A stretch of DNA of 31,509 bases from Candidatus Enterousia sp. (lineage in GTDB: Bacteria; Pseudomonadota; Alphaproteobacteria; Rs-D84): NCBI GenBank assembly GCA_045613785.1, contig JAZLBQ010000010.1:1-31509 (forward strand), written 5' to 3'. The notes under the pieces were generated by a model. It was not told where the DNA came from, made no database searches, and saw only the letters and a list, made by a program, of their open reading frames with translations. Both the position numbers and the translations under genes were made by a program. Positions within the stretch are counted from its first letter, which is position 1. The number at the start of each line of letters is the position of its first letter. This document shows positions 18,411 to 26,805 of this stretch, piece after piece.

Positions 18411-20042
18411 ATGAAACGATTGCTTGCTGTTATCTTTGGAATACTGCTGACGACTGCGAGTTTTGCCGCACAGATTGTCAATGTTGATTATGTTCATAAT
18501 TTAATTCAGCAAAAGTGGAATATAATTGTGCCGTTTAATGAAAACTTGACCGACAAATCAGTGGCGGCAAATATGAAATATCTGTTGACTGCAATTGACG
18601 TTGCGAATAAAAAATTAAACGGATGGCCTACGTCAAGTTATGGCGAAACTGAATATGCAACAACCGCAGCAGCAGATACTGTCGCTGCACAGCAGGCCGT
18701 GAATTCTTTGATTAAATTTATTGGATTCCCTTTTAAGTTGAATACAACAAATACAACGTCTGAATTTCAATTCGTTATTTCTGCCAAAGGTAAATTTTAT
18801 GTGAATTGGGGGGACGGAAAAGAAGAAGTTATTGAAAAAAATGACACAAATGAAACCTTGTATTCCCATACGTATGATATTCCTGGCGAATATACAATCG
18901 AGATGGACGGCAAGGCGACGGCTTATAATAATGGCGGAAATGTGGCCGCAATTAGTTTTAATAACAACCAAAATATTGCAGGAATGTCAGGTAGTTTGGG
19001 TCAGGTGTTTTCAACGCTGCCAAATGGAACACAACCAAAGTTTTATTATACTTTCGCAAATACTCCAAACCTGAAAGGCACAATACCGCCAGGATTGTTT
19101 TCTGGAATAAAGGGTGCTCCTTCAAAAAATATGTTTTATGGGTTGTTTTATGATGCAAATCAGTTGACAGGACAGATCCCTAAAACTTTGTTTTCAGGTA
19201 TCGAAGGTAATCCAACAGAAGGAGTTTTTTATAGAACGTTTGAAAAATGCTCGGGGTTGACTGGTGATATCCCTGTTGAACTGTTTGCTGGGATTTATGG
19301 AACACCCGCACGTGATATGTTTCATGCAACTTTTTCAAATTGCACAGGACTGACAGGAATCGCTGGGGCGTTGTTTGGAAGGGTTTCTGGTGCTCCTGCA
19401 CAGCGTATGTATAATGCGACTTTTTCAGGCTGTAGCGGTTTGACCGGAAATATCCCAGATACTTTGTTTGGTGTTTTTGATGGTTTGCCACAGGAACTTA
19501 TGTTTGGAAATACTTTTTATGGTTGTGGTGGTTTGACAGGACAAATCCCAGATGATTTGTTTGCTGGTATTTATGGGCAACCCGCAAAGCGTATGTTCGA
19601 AGGAACTTTTAATATGTGCAGTGGGCTGACAGGTCATTTGTCTTCGACGTTATTCGCTGAAATAGAAGGAGAACCCGTCGAAAAAATGTTTTATAATACT
19701 TTTGCTGGTTGCTCAGGGATCGGTGGTGTTTTGCCAAGTGGTTTGTTTGCTAAAATTTCAGGTAATGTAGCACCACAGATGTTTTATAGAACTTTCTTTA
19801 ACTGTCATAGTCTGTTGGGAATCCAAGATGGGGTCTTTGGTGATTTGACTGGCACGCCTCAATCGCAGATGTTTGCAGAAATGTTCTATCGAAATTATTC
19901 AATGGTGGGAGATTCTGCCAAGACAAATGGAAAATATTTCTATGAAGTTTGGCCAGAGGCAACATCGGCTCAGGTCGGTAAAATGTATCTGGAAGATACT
20001 GGTTTGGCAGATTGGACAGAAATTCCAAGTGTATGGAAATAA
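18411..20042 (+). CDS. Secreted protein with PKD-like domain and about nine 31-aa LRR-like repeats, cassette copy 2
   Basis: Signal peptide; VAANMKYLLT, AADTV, VNWGDG and C-terminal IPSxW[RK] shared with 16709..17974. Confidence 0.87.
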   Translation: MKRLLAVIFGILLTTASFAAQIVNVDYVHNLIQQKWNIIVPFNENLTDKSVAANMKYLLTAIDVANKKLNGWPTSSYGETEYATTAAADTVAAQQAVNSLIKFIGFPFKLNTTNTTSEFQFVISAKGKFYVNWGDGKEEVIEKNDTNETLYSHTYDIPGEYTIEMDGKATAYNNGGNVAAISFNNNQNIAGMSGSLGQVFSTLPNGTQPKFYYTFANTPNLKGTIPPGLFSGIKGAPSKNMFYGLFYDANQLTGQIPKTLFSGIEGNPTEGVFYRTFEKCSGLTGDIPVELFAGIYGTPARDMFHATFSNCTGLTGIAGALFGRVSGAPAQRMYNATFSGCSGLTGNIPDTLFGVFDGLPQELMFGNTFYGCGGLTGQIPDDLFAGIYGQPAKRMFEGTFNMCSGLTGHLSSTLFAEIEGEPVEKMFYNTFAGCSGIGGVLPSGLFAKISGNVAPQMFYRTFFNCHSLLGIQDGVFGDLTGTPQSQMFAEMFYRNYSMVGDSAKTNGKYFYEVWPEATSAQVGKMYLEDTGLADWTEIPSVWK

Positions 20043-20142
20043 AAATACTTGATTTTTTATGCTTTTTAGGTAATAATAGCCGCCGCACAGCACCCTTGGA
20101 GGCTGTGTTAAACGTAAACTAATGCTATAAAAGGATAAAGAA

Positions 20143-20757
20143 ATGGCAATAAACTTAAATGCAGAAATTCGCAACGTAGCTGGCAAGGGGGCCGCACGTA
20201 GCATCCGCAATAACAAAAATATCCCTGCTGTTATTTACGGGGAAAAGAAAGCCCCTGTCGCAATCGAATTGAACGGTCGTGAATTCGAAATGTTGTTGAA
20301 AACACCAGGTTTGCGGACTAAATTGTTCCAAATCAAAACAAACGAAGGCACAGAAGACGCAATGTTGATGGATGTTCAGTATCATCCAGTGTCTGATGCA
20401 GCAATTCACGCAGACTTTAAGCGTATCGATGTTAAAAAGCCTGTAAACGTTGTTGTGCCTGTCGAAGTTATCAATGCTGAAATTTCAAAGGGATTGAAGT
20501 TGGGCGGAACTTTGAACTTTGCTGTTCGTAAAGTTGCTTTGCGTGGTTTGGTTGATGTTATCCCAGAAAAAATCATTATCGATTTGGCAAACTTGACAAT
20601 CGGTGACGTGGTTCACGGAACAGATTTAGTCTTGCCAGAAGGTGTTGAATTGGGCTTGCATCAGGCTGAATTGGCATTCGCTATTATCGGTGGTAAAATG
20701 CCAATGGAAGAAGACGAAAAAGCTAAAGCCGCAGCAATGGCAGCTTCTAAGAGATAA
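20143..20757 (+). CDS. rplY: 50S ribosomal protein L25 / general stress protein Ctc
   Basis: GKGAARSIR...IPAVIYG, DVQYHPV..HADF, long Ctc-type C-terminal domain. Confidence 0.95.
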   Translation: MAINLNAEIRNVAGKGAARSIRNNKNIPAVIYGEKKAPVAIELNGREFEMLLKTPGLRTKLFQIKTNEGTEDAMLMDVQYHPVSDAAIHADFKRIDVKKPVNVVVPVEVINAEISKGLKLGGTLNFAVRKVALRGLVDVIPEKIIIDLANLTIGDVVHGTDLVLPEGVELGLHQAELAFAIIGGKMPMEEDEKAKAAAMAASKR

Positions 20758-20778
20758 TCTTGGTTTGGTTAGCTTGTC

Positions 20779-20803
20779 AACCGCCCAGTTGGGCGGTTTT
20801 TTT
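20779..20803 (+). terminator. Intrinsic terminator of rplY
   Basis: AACCGCCC-AGTT-GGGCGGTT followed by a T run. Confidence 0.85.
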
Positions 20804-20839
20804 GTTGCTTTTTTATTAAGGAAAATATGACTGTTGCCA

Positions 20840-20867
20840 CTTGAAATCATTTTCTGTTTAACTATAT
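20840..20867 (+). promoter_or_regulatory. RpoH (sigma32)-type heat-shock promoter of dnaK
   Basis: CTTGAA-N15-ACTATAT resembles the alphaproteobacterial RpoH consensus CTTGAA-N15/16-CCTATAT. Confidence 0.7.
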
Positions 20868-20901
20868 GGTGTGTAAGCGAAAATTTTAAGGAGTGAAAAA
20901 T

Positions 20902-22797
20902 ATGGGAAAAGTATTAGGTATCGATTTGGGAACAACTAATTCTGCTATGGCCTTTATGGACGGCAGCGACCCAAAAATTATCGAAAATTCAGAAGGTCAA
21001 CGAACAACACCTTCGGTTGTTGCATTGACAACAGGTGGTGAACAGTTGGTCGGTATTACCGCAAAAAATCAGGCTGTGACAAATCCTGAAAATACAATCT
21101 ATGAAATTAAACGTTTGATGGGATTGCGTTTCGACAGCCCTGCTGTGCGTGAAATTGCAGCTCGTGTGCCATATAAAATTGTCGCAGGTGAAAATGGTGA
21201 TGCATGGGTTGAAATGGACGGTAAAAAATATGCCCCATCTCAGATTTCTGCAATGATTTTGGCAAAGTTAAAGAAAGATGCGGAAAGCTATTTAGGTGAA
21301 ACTGTTACAGATGCTGTTATTACCGTGCCGGCATACTTTAATGACTCGCAACGTCAGGCAACTAAAGATGCGGGACGTATCGCTGGATTGAATGTTTTGC
21401 GTATCGTTAATGAACCAACAGCCGCTGCGTTGGCTTATGGTTTGGACAAAGGTAAAGACGGTGTTATTGCTGTTTATGACTTGGGTGGTGGAACGTTTGA
21501 CGTTTCTATCCTGGAAATCGTTGACGGTGTGTTTGAAGTAAAATCAACAAATGGTGATACTGCGTTGGGTGGTTCTGATTTTGACGCACGTATTCTGGAA
21601 CACTTGATTGCAGAATTTAAGGCACAGTCTGGAATCGATTTGTCTGGTGATAAGTTGGCACTGCAACGTTTGAAAGAAGCAGCAGAAAAGGCAAAGATTG
21701 AACTGTCTTCTAAGACATCAACAGATATCAATTTGCCATATTTGACAGCTGATGCAACAGGTCCAAAACACTTTAATACAACCTTGACACGTGCAAAGTT
21801 GGAATCTTTGGTTGCAGATTTGATTGAACGCACAATCGAACCTTGTAAAAAAGCGTTGAAAGATGCTGGGCTTGATAAATCTCAAATCAATGAAGTTATT
21901 TTGGTCGGTGGTCAGACACGTATGCCAAAGGTCGCAGAAACTGTAAAAGAATTCTTTGGTCGTGAACCACACAAGGGCGTAAATCCAGACGAAGTAGTCG
22001 GTATGGGGGCTGCAATCCAAGGTGGTGTGTTAAAAGGCGAAGTTAAAGATGTTTTGCTGTTGGATGTTACACCGTTGTCTTTGGGAATTGAAACGTTGGG
22101 TGGTGTGTTCACACGATTGATTGATCGCAATACTACAATTCCAACAAAAAAGTCTCAGGTATTTAGCACTGCTGAAGATAATCAGTCGGCTGTGACAATT
22201 CGTGTGTTCCAGGGTGAACGTGATATGGCAGCTGATAATAAGTTGTTGGGTCAGTTTAATCTGGAAGGAATTGCCCCTGCCCCACGTGGTATGCCACAGA
22301 TTGAAGTTTCTTTTGATATTGACGCAAATGGCATTGTTCATGTGTCTGCTAAGGATAAAGGAACAGGTAAAGAACAGGCAATTTCAATTAAATCAGACGG
22401 CGGTTTGTCGGAAGATGAAATCAAACGTATGGTTGATGAAGCTGCTGCTAATGCCGAAGCTGATAAGTTGAAACGTGAATTGGCAGAAGCAAAGAATACC
22501 GCAGAAACTGCTATATTTAGCATTGAAAAATCACTGAAAGAACACGGTGATAAGATTAGCGAAGACGAAAAGAAAGTAATCGAAGATGCTAAAAAAGAAC
22601 TGGCTGATGAACTGGCCAAGGCTGATGCAACCGCAGAGTCTTTGAAACAGAAAACTGATGCGTTGTCTGAAAAAGCTATGAAGTTGGGTGAAGCTGTTTA
22701 TAAGGCAGCACAGGCCGAACAACAGGCAAATAATGATGCCGGTGAAAAGAAAAATGATGATGGCACAGTCGATGCAGATTTTTCTGAGAAAAAATAA
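20902..22797 (+). CDS. dnaK: Chaperone DnaK (Hsp70)
   Basis: [36 protein letters not shown]; AAGGAG lies 8 nt before the ATG at 20902. Confidence 0.98.
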   Translation: MGKVLGIDLGTTNSAMAFMDGSDPKIIENSEGQRTTPSVVALTTGGEQLVGITAKNQAVTNPENTIYEIKRLMGLRFDSPAVREIAARVPYKIVAGENGDAWVEMDGKKYAPSQISAMILAKLKKDAESYLGETVTDAVITVPAYFNDSQRQATKDAGRIAGLNVLRIVNEPTAAALAYGLDKGKDGVIAVYDLGGGTFDVSILEIVDGVFEVKSTNGDTALGGSDFDARILEHLIAEFKAQSGIDLSGDKLALQRLKEAAEKAKIELSSKTSTDINLPYLTADATGPKHFNTTLTRAKLESLVADLIERTIEPCKKALKDAGLDKSQINEVILVGGQTRMPKVAETVKEFFGREPHKGVNPDEVVGMGAAIQGGVLKGEVKDVLLLDVTPLSLGIETLGGVFTRLIDRNTTIPTKKSQVFSTAEDNQSAVTIRVFQGERDMAADNKLLGQFNLEGIAPAPRGMPQIEVSFDIDANGIVHVSAKDKGTGKEQAISIKSDGGLSEDEIKRMVDEAAANAEADKLKRELAEAKNTAETAIFSIEKSLKEHGDKISEDEKKVIEDAKKELADELAKADATAESLKQKTDALSEKAMKLGEAVYKAAQAEQQANNDAGEKKNDDGTVDADFSEKK

Positions 22798-22819
22798 GAA
22801 AAATTGAACTTTTTCTTTT

Positions 22820-22842
22820 AATCCCCCGACTGGGGGATTTTT
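22820..22842 (+). terminator. Intrinsic terminator of dnaK
   Basis: AATCCCCC-GACT-GGGGGATT followed by Ts; same stem as 1542 and 13250. Confidence 0.8.
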
Positions 22843-22915
22843 GTTTACTTAGAATTTTGTTGACTTATTGTATATTTGTGCAAGAATGAGTTGGCTAACA
22901 AAAAGGAATTTGTAA

Positions 22916-23353
22916 ATGATATATAATAAAGTGCGTAGTATTTTGGAAAAATATTCAAAAGGTATGACTGTTACGCCAGATTTAAATTTGACTAATGATT
23001 TGGGGTTGGATTCAATCGATCGTGCAGAAATTGGCGTTGAATTAGAGGACTCTTTGGGCATGAAAGAGGGCGTTATTTTGCATGAAGATATGATGGGATG
23101 CCAAACTGTGCGTGATTTGGTAGTAATGCTGGAAAGCGTAAAAAAGTATTCTGAATTTAATGCTAAACAGCATGTGCCATCTGCACCAAAATATAATTTT
23201 TCACGCTTGCAGCCAAACGGAACTAGAATTTGTGTCCATACGGGAAATATCTGCAATAAAGTTACTTATTTGAGAGCAGTAGATACAAATCCAGATTTTT
23301 GTAATATTGTAAAATGTCAGGCTTTGCAGTCTTATCTACAAAAATCAAAATAA
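22916..23353 (+). CDS. Acyl-carrier-protein-like domain fused to a four-Cys C-terminal domain (145 aa)
   Basis: DLGLDSIDRAEIGVELEDSLG with Ser33 at the phosphopantetheine position and TVRDLV helix IV; then Cx6C-x15-Cx4C and a QKSK end; AAGGA RBS. Confidence 0.8.
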   Translation: MIYNKVRSILEKYSKGMTVTPDLNLTNDLGLDSIDRAEIGVELEDSLGMKEGVILHEDMMGCQTVRDLVVMLESVKKYSEFNAKQHVPSAPKYNFSRLQPNGTRICVHTGNICNKVTYLRAVDTNPDFCNIVKCQALQSYLQKSK

Positions 23354-23362
23354 TAAAAAGTT

Positions 23363-23387
23363 AAACGGGCTTTCGCCCGTTTTTTTT
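23363..23387. terminator. Intrinsic terminator between convergent genes
   Basis: AAACGGGC-TTTC-GCCCGTTT followed by a T run. Confidence 0.85.
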
Positions 23388-23396
23388 GTTTCCTTG

Positions 23397-24476
23397 TTAT
23401 TTGGTTTCGCCAATGTAAATCCCAAGGTTGTTTGCAATTTCCAATAATGGGTCGTCAGACGAAACATAGGCGTTAGATGTTTTTAGCTCAGGAATTTTAG
23501 GGTCTGAAACACATTCGCCACTTTCAAGGACTGTTGATAATGCGACAGTGTGAATTTCACCACATTCTAAGGCGGTCATAACGTAAGTTTCACCATTTTC
23601 AATCGCATTTAATGCACAGTCTGCAAAACGTGTTGCAAGAATGCGGTCAGTGGCGGTGGTGTCCCCTGCCCGCTGAGTGTGTTCAGGAAATGCTGTGCGG
23701 TTTACAATGCCGGCAGCAGTTAGTTTGCGTGAAATCATATCCGCTGGTCGGCCTGAATGACCACGTAATGAAATTCCTTCGGAAACCACAATAATCCCAT
23801 AGTCGGTGCTTGAATTGTTGATGTGCGATATCAGTTTGTTGACATCAAATTTAATTTCAGGTATTAAAATCGCTGAAGCCCCAACCGCAATTCCAGCATT
23901 TAATGCCAGTTGGCCACAATCACGCCCCATTGCCTGGACAACAAACCAACGATGATGACTGCGTGCAGTTAGCATTAGTTGATCACAAAATGATGTTAGT
24001 TGTTGCACGGCGGTATCAAATCCGATTGTGCGTTCGGTTAATGGAATGTCCAAATCGATTGTTTTTGGAATACATACCAGTTGTAAATCACGGTATAAGG
24101 AACGGTTTGCCCATGCCAGCGATAAACTGCCGTTGCCACCAATTAAAATCAATGCGTCCAAATCTAATGTTTGTAATGATTTGCGTAGTTTTTTGTTAAA
24201 TGTGTCCAGACGGCCTGTTTCAGCGGCTGTTTCGAAATTTAGTGCGTGTGCACGACCGTTGTGCAGAAAACTGCCTGCCAGGCGAGCGTTTTCAATTGGC
24301 AACATCATATCGGTTAGTTTGATTGCCGCAGGTGGTGTGATAGACAAGCCATCTGTGCCGTCAAGTATTCCATAAACTTCCCAGCCACGTAATGATGCAC
24401 CTTGCATAATTCGTTGGATTGCGGTGTTCAAACCACTGCAATCGCCACCTGTTGTCATAATTCCTATCTTTTTCAT
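23397..24476 (-). CDS. pfkA: 6-phosphofructokinase (PfkA family)
   Basis: KKIGIMTTGGDCSGLN, IGGNGS, PKTID, GFDTA, MGR, HTQRAG. Start set to the ATG at 24476 (AAGG upstream); the upstream extension of the ORF is spurious. Confidence 0.92.
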   Translation of the reverse strand: MKKIGIMTTGGDCSGLNTAIQRIMQGASLRGWEVYGILDGTDGLSITPPAAIKLTDMMLPIENARLAGSFLHNGRAHALNFETAAETGRLDTFNKKLRKSLQTLDLDALILIGGNGSLSLAWANRSLYRDLQLVCIPKTIDLDIPLTERTIGFDTAVQQLTSFCDQLMLTARSHHRWFVVQAMGRDCGQLALNAGIAVGASAILIPEIKFDVNKLISHINNSSTDYGIIVVSEGISLRGHSGRPADMISRKLTAAGIVNRTAFPEHTQRAGDTTATDRILATRFADCALNAIENGETYVMTALECGEIHTVALSTVLESGECVSDPKIPELKTSNAYVSSDDPLLEIANNLGIYIGETK

Positions 24477-24589
24477 TGTCTTCCTTGTGTTTTTCTGGAT
24501 AATTATATCATAATTAAATTGACAAAGAAATATTATTTGGAATAATTTGTCTAATCTTAAATAAAAATCAGTGTTCAGGAGTTTCTGGT

Positions 24590-25729
24590 ATGTCAAAAAA
24601 CAATATGGGTAAAACAAAACGTTCAACAGATGATATGATAAACGATGCAATCGCACAGCAAAATGACTGGCTGGAAAATCGCCGTGAATATACACGTGGA
24701 TTCTTGAAGAAGTTAAATTTGTTCGCACGACCATCAGATAAAAGCAAGGAAAATCAATCTGTGGAAAAAGCAGATATAGAAGAAGCCAGAAATCGTAAGA
24801 CTGGATTGCGTGCTTATTGGTTCCCAGTGTTGTGTGCATTGATTGTAATCTTTATTGCAATTTGGGTTATATTTATTCGTGGCACTGTTCAGCCACGGGT
24901 TATTGTTGTGCCAGCAGTGCCAGAACCTGTTGTGCAAAAAGTCAAAGAAATTACAGTGCCAGAATTTGATATTGTTCGTATCGAAAAAAACGGTAGCATA
25001 GTTATCGCAGGTCGTTGGTTGCCTCATCAGAATGTTTCTATCATGGTAAATAACAAAATTGTTGCAACTGAAAGAACAGATTATGCAGGCGAATTTGTTT
25101 ATGCACCAGCTAATGTATGGAAACCAGGAAATTATACAATCGCATTGTTGGGGGCAGAACCAGAAGTAAAATCTTCGGACAAAGTGTTTGTTTATGTGTC
25201 TGAGGCTGGTGCACAAAATTCTGTGTCGCTGCTGATGACTAAGACTGGCAGCACTTTATTGCAAGCACCTGCAATGTTGCAAGATGGTGATTTGGCTGTT
25301 TCAAAGATTGATTATCTGGATACTGGTCGTATCGTTATTACCGGGGACGGGTTGCCACGTTTGCGTGTGTCTTTGGCAATGGATGGCGAATATTTTGGAT
25401 TCGCACGTGTTTCAGATCATAAGCATTTTGGATTAGGGGCTGATGTTGGTGATTTAGTTCCAGGAAAGCAATATCAATTGGCGGTTCGTATGCATGATGG
25501 CGATGGTCGCACGGTCGCAACAGTTATGCATGAATTTGTTATGCCTGAAATGACGGGTGATGACGATACTTATTATACTGTCCGTCGTGGTGATTGTTTG
25601 TGGATTATTGCACGCAACTTTATGCGTCGTGGTGTTCTGTTTAGTATCATCGCAGAACGTAATTCAATCACAAACCCTGATTTGATTTTTCCAAAACAAA
25701 AATTACAAATCCCTGTAAGTGGAAAATAA
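24590..25729 (+). CDS. Membrane-anchored LysM-domain protein with Ig-like beta domains
   Basis: AGGAG RBS; single TM helix (WFPVLCALIVIFIAIWVIFI); PEFDIVRIE..GSIVIAGR; C-terminal YTVRRGDCLWIIAR...NPDLIFPKQKLQIP. Confidence 0.9.
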   Translation: MSKNNMGKTKRSTDDMINDAIAQQNDWLENRREYTRGFLKKLNLFARPSDKSKENQSVEKADIEEARNRKTGLRAYWFPVLCALIVIFIAIWVIFIRGTVQPRVIVVPAVPEPVVQKVKEITVPEFDIVRIEKNGSIVIAGRWLPHQNVSIMVNNKIVATERTDYAGEFVYAPANVWKPGNYTIALLGAEPEVKSSDKVFVYVSEAGAQNSVSLLMTKTGSTLLQAPAMLQDGDLAVSKIDYLDTGRIVITGDGLPRLRVSLAMDGEYFGFARVSDHKHFGLGADVGDLVPGKQYQLAVRMHDGDGRTVATVMHEFVMPEMTGDDDTYYTVRRGDCLWIIARNFMRRGVLFSIIAERNSITNPDLIFPKQKLQIPVSGK

Positions 25730-25737
25730 AAAATTGT

Positions 25738-25764
25738 TCCCACCCTTGTTGGTGGGATTTTTTT
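25738..25764 (+). terminator. Intrinsic terminator
   Basis: TCCCACC-N6-GGTGGGA followed by T7. Confidence 0.8.
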
Positions 25765-25820
25765 ATAAATATTGTGCTGGACATAGTTGGCAAATTGTTA
25801 TACTATGCGGTTTGTTGTTT

Positions 25821-25894
25821 GCGGGCGTGGTATAATGGTAGCACGTCAGCTTCCCAAGCTGAAGACGAGGGTTCGATTCCCTTCGCCCGCACCA
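25821..25894 (+). tRNA. tRNA-Gly (anticodon CCC) with encoded CCA and discriminator A73
   Basis: Acceptor GCGGGCG/CGCCCGC, anticodon arm TCAGC-TTCCCAA-GCTGA, T arm GAGGG-TTCGATT-CCCTT; TGGACA-N17-TACTAT promoter-like sequence upstream. Confidence 0.96.
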
Positions 25895-25917
25895 AGTTTT
25901 TGCTTGTTATTAAATAG

Positions 25918-25946
25918 TTGACTTTTTTCAAATTATTGTGTAATAT
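25918..25946 (+). promoter_or_regulatory. Sigma70 promoter of the rpsP operon
   Basis: TTGACT-N17-TAATAT with extended TG. Confidence 0.65.
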
Positions 25947-26088
25947 TGCATTGCAAATCCCAAAAGATTGCCATTATAGTCTATCCAGTTCGCAGTATGC
26001 GTGTGGAACATCATCCGACGAGTTTCGTCCTTGATGGCGGTTTTCTTTGTGGGAAAAACAGTTTAATAAAACACTAAGGAGCAAAATT

Positions 26089-26511
26089 ATGGCAACTGTT
26101 ATTCGTTTGGCACGTTTCGGTGCAAAAAAACGTCCATATTATCACATTGTTGTGACAGATTCACGCAATGCACGTAATTCAGGTAATGTTTTGGAAGTCG
26201 TTGGTAAATACGACCCAATGCAGGCAAAAGACAGTGAAAAACGTGTCGTTTTGAAGTTGGATGAAGTTAAGGCTTGGTTGGTAAAAGGTGCACAGCCTTC
26301 TGACCGTGTTTACAAGTTCTTGGCTAAGGCTGGATTGGTAAAAGCAAAAGCTATCCCTGTTCAGACAAAGAAACATTTGCAGTCTGAAAAGACACAAATG
26401 AAAATCAAGGACAAAGCTGATAAATTAGCGAAAATTGCAACAGAAAAAGCCGCTGCAGAAGAAGCCGCAAAGGCAGCAGCTGAAGCACCAGCCGAAGCAG
26501 TCGCTGAATAA
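26089..26511 (+). CDS. rpsP: 30S ribosomal protein S16 with Ala/Lys/Glu-rich extension
   Basis: IRLARFGAKKRPYYHIVVTDSR, GKYDP, WLVKGAQPSDRV; AAGGAG RBS. Confidence 0.97.
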   Translation: MATVIRLARFGAKKRPYYHIVVTDSRNARNSGNVLEVVGKYDPMQAKDSEKRVVLKLDEVKAWLVKGAQPSDRVYKFLAKAGLVKAKAIPVQTKKHLQSEKTQMKIKDKADKLAKIATEKAAAEEAAKAAAEAPAEAVAE

Positions 26512-26530
26512 TTATTCTAAAAGTGTTACA

Positions 26531-26556
26531 GCCCGGGGCATCCCGGGCAGTTTTCT
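26531..26556 (+). terminator. GC-rich hairpin after rpsP (weak terminator, attenuator or processing stem)
   Basis: GCCCGGG-GCAT-CCCGGGC followed by AGTTTTCT. Confidence 0.55.
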
Positions 26557-26585
26557 GGTGTCTAAAAATTAAAAAATGTTGATAA

Positions 26586-26795
26586 ATGTCAGTCAAATTA
26601 CATAGTTGTCCCCATAGCGATAAGATTGTTTGCGATACAGGTTATTCTTCTAAGGAACTACGTCGTCAGATATTAGATGGTAAAGGATCTTTTGTTCGTT
26701 ATATTTATCGTATCACTACGGAATGCAGATGTAAGCCAGAATTGTGTGCCAGATTTGCAGCTTATGCAAATAGAGAGACACAGAAATCACGATAA
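26586..26795 (+). CDS. Small four-Cys protein A (69 aa, ends QKSR)
   Basis: Cx7C-x30-Cx6C-x15; same length and Cys spacing as the next gene. Confidence 0.75.
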   Translation: MSVKLHSCPHSDKIVCDTGYSSKELRRQILDGKGSFVRYIYRITTECRCKPELCARFAAYANRETQKSR

Positions 26796-26805
26796 AGGTA
26801 TAAAA

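Noticed and set aside
16709-20042. Diversity-generating retroelement acting on the paralogous repeat proteins
   Set aside because: No reverse transcriptase, no non-coding template repeat, and the differences between paralogs are not adenine-specific.
24477-24839. N-terminal extension of Pfk in the ORF track, and similar extensions on secA, rpsP, trmD and ORFs 11850 and 26677
   Set aside because: They overlap neighbouring genes or promoters, and downstream ATGs fit family N-termini and RBS positions.
25821-25920. tRNA-Gly as an integration site of a genomic island
   Set aside because: No integrase and no duplicated tRNA 3' end seen in the window.
26005-26040. Hammerhead ribozyme on the minus strand (GACGAAAC) or SRP RNA
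   Set aside because: No CUGANGA core in the required arrangement and no SRP helix-8 motif recognised.
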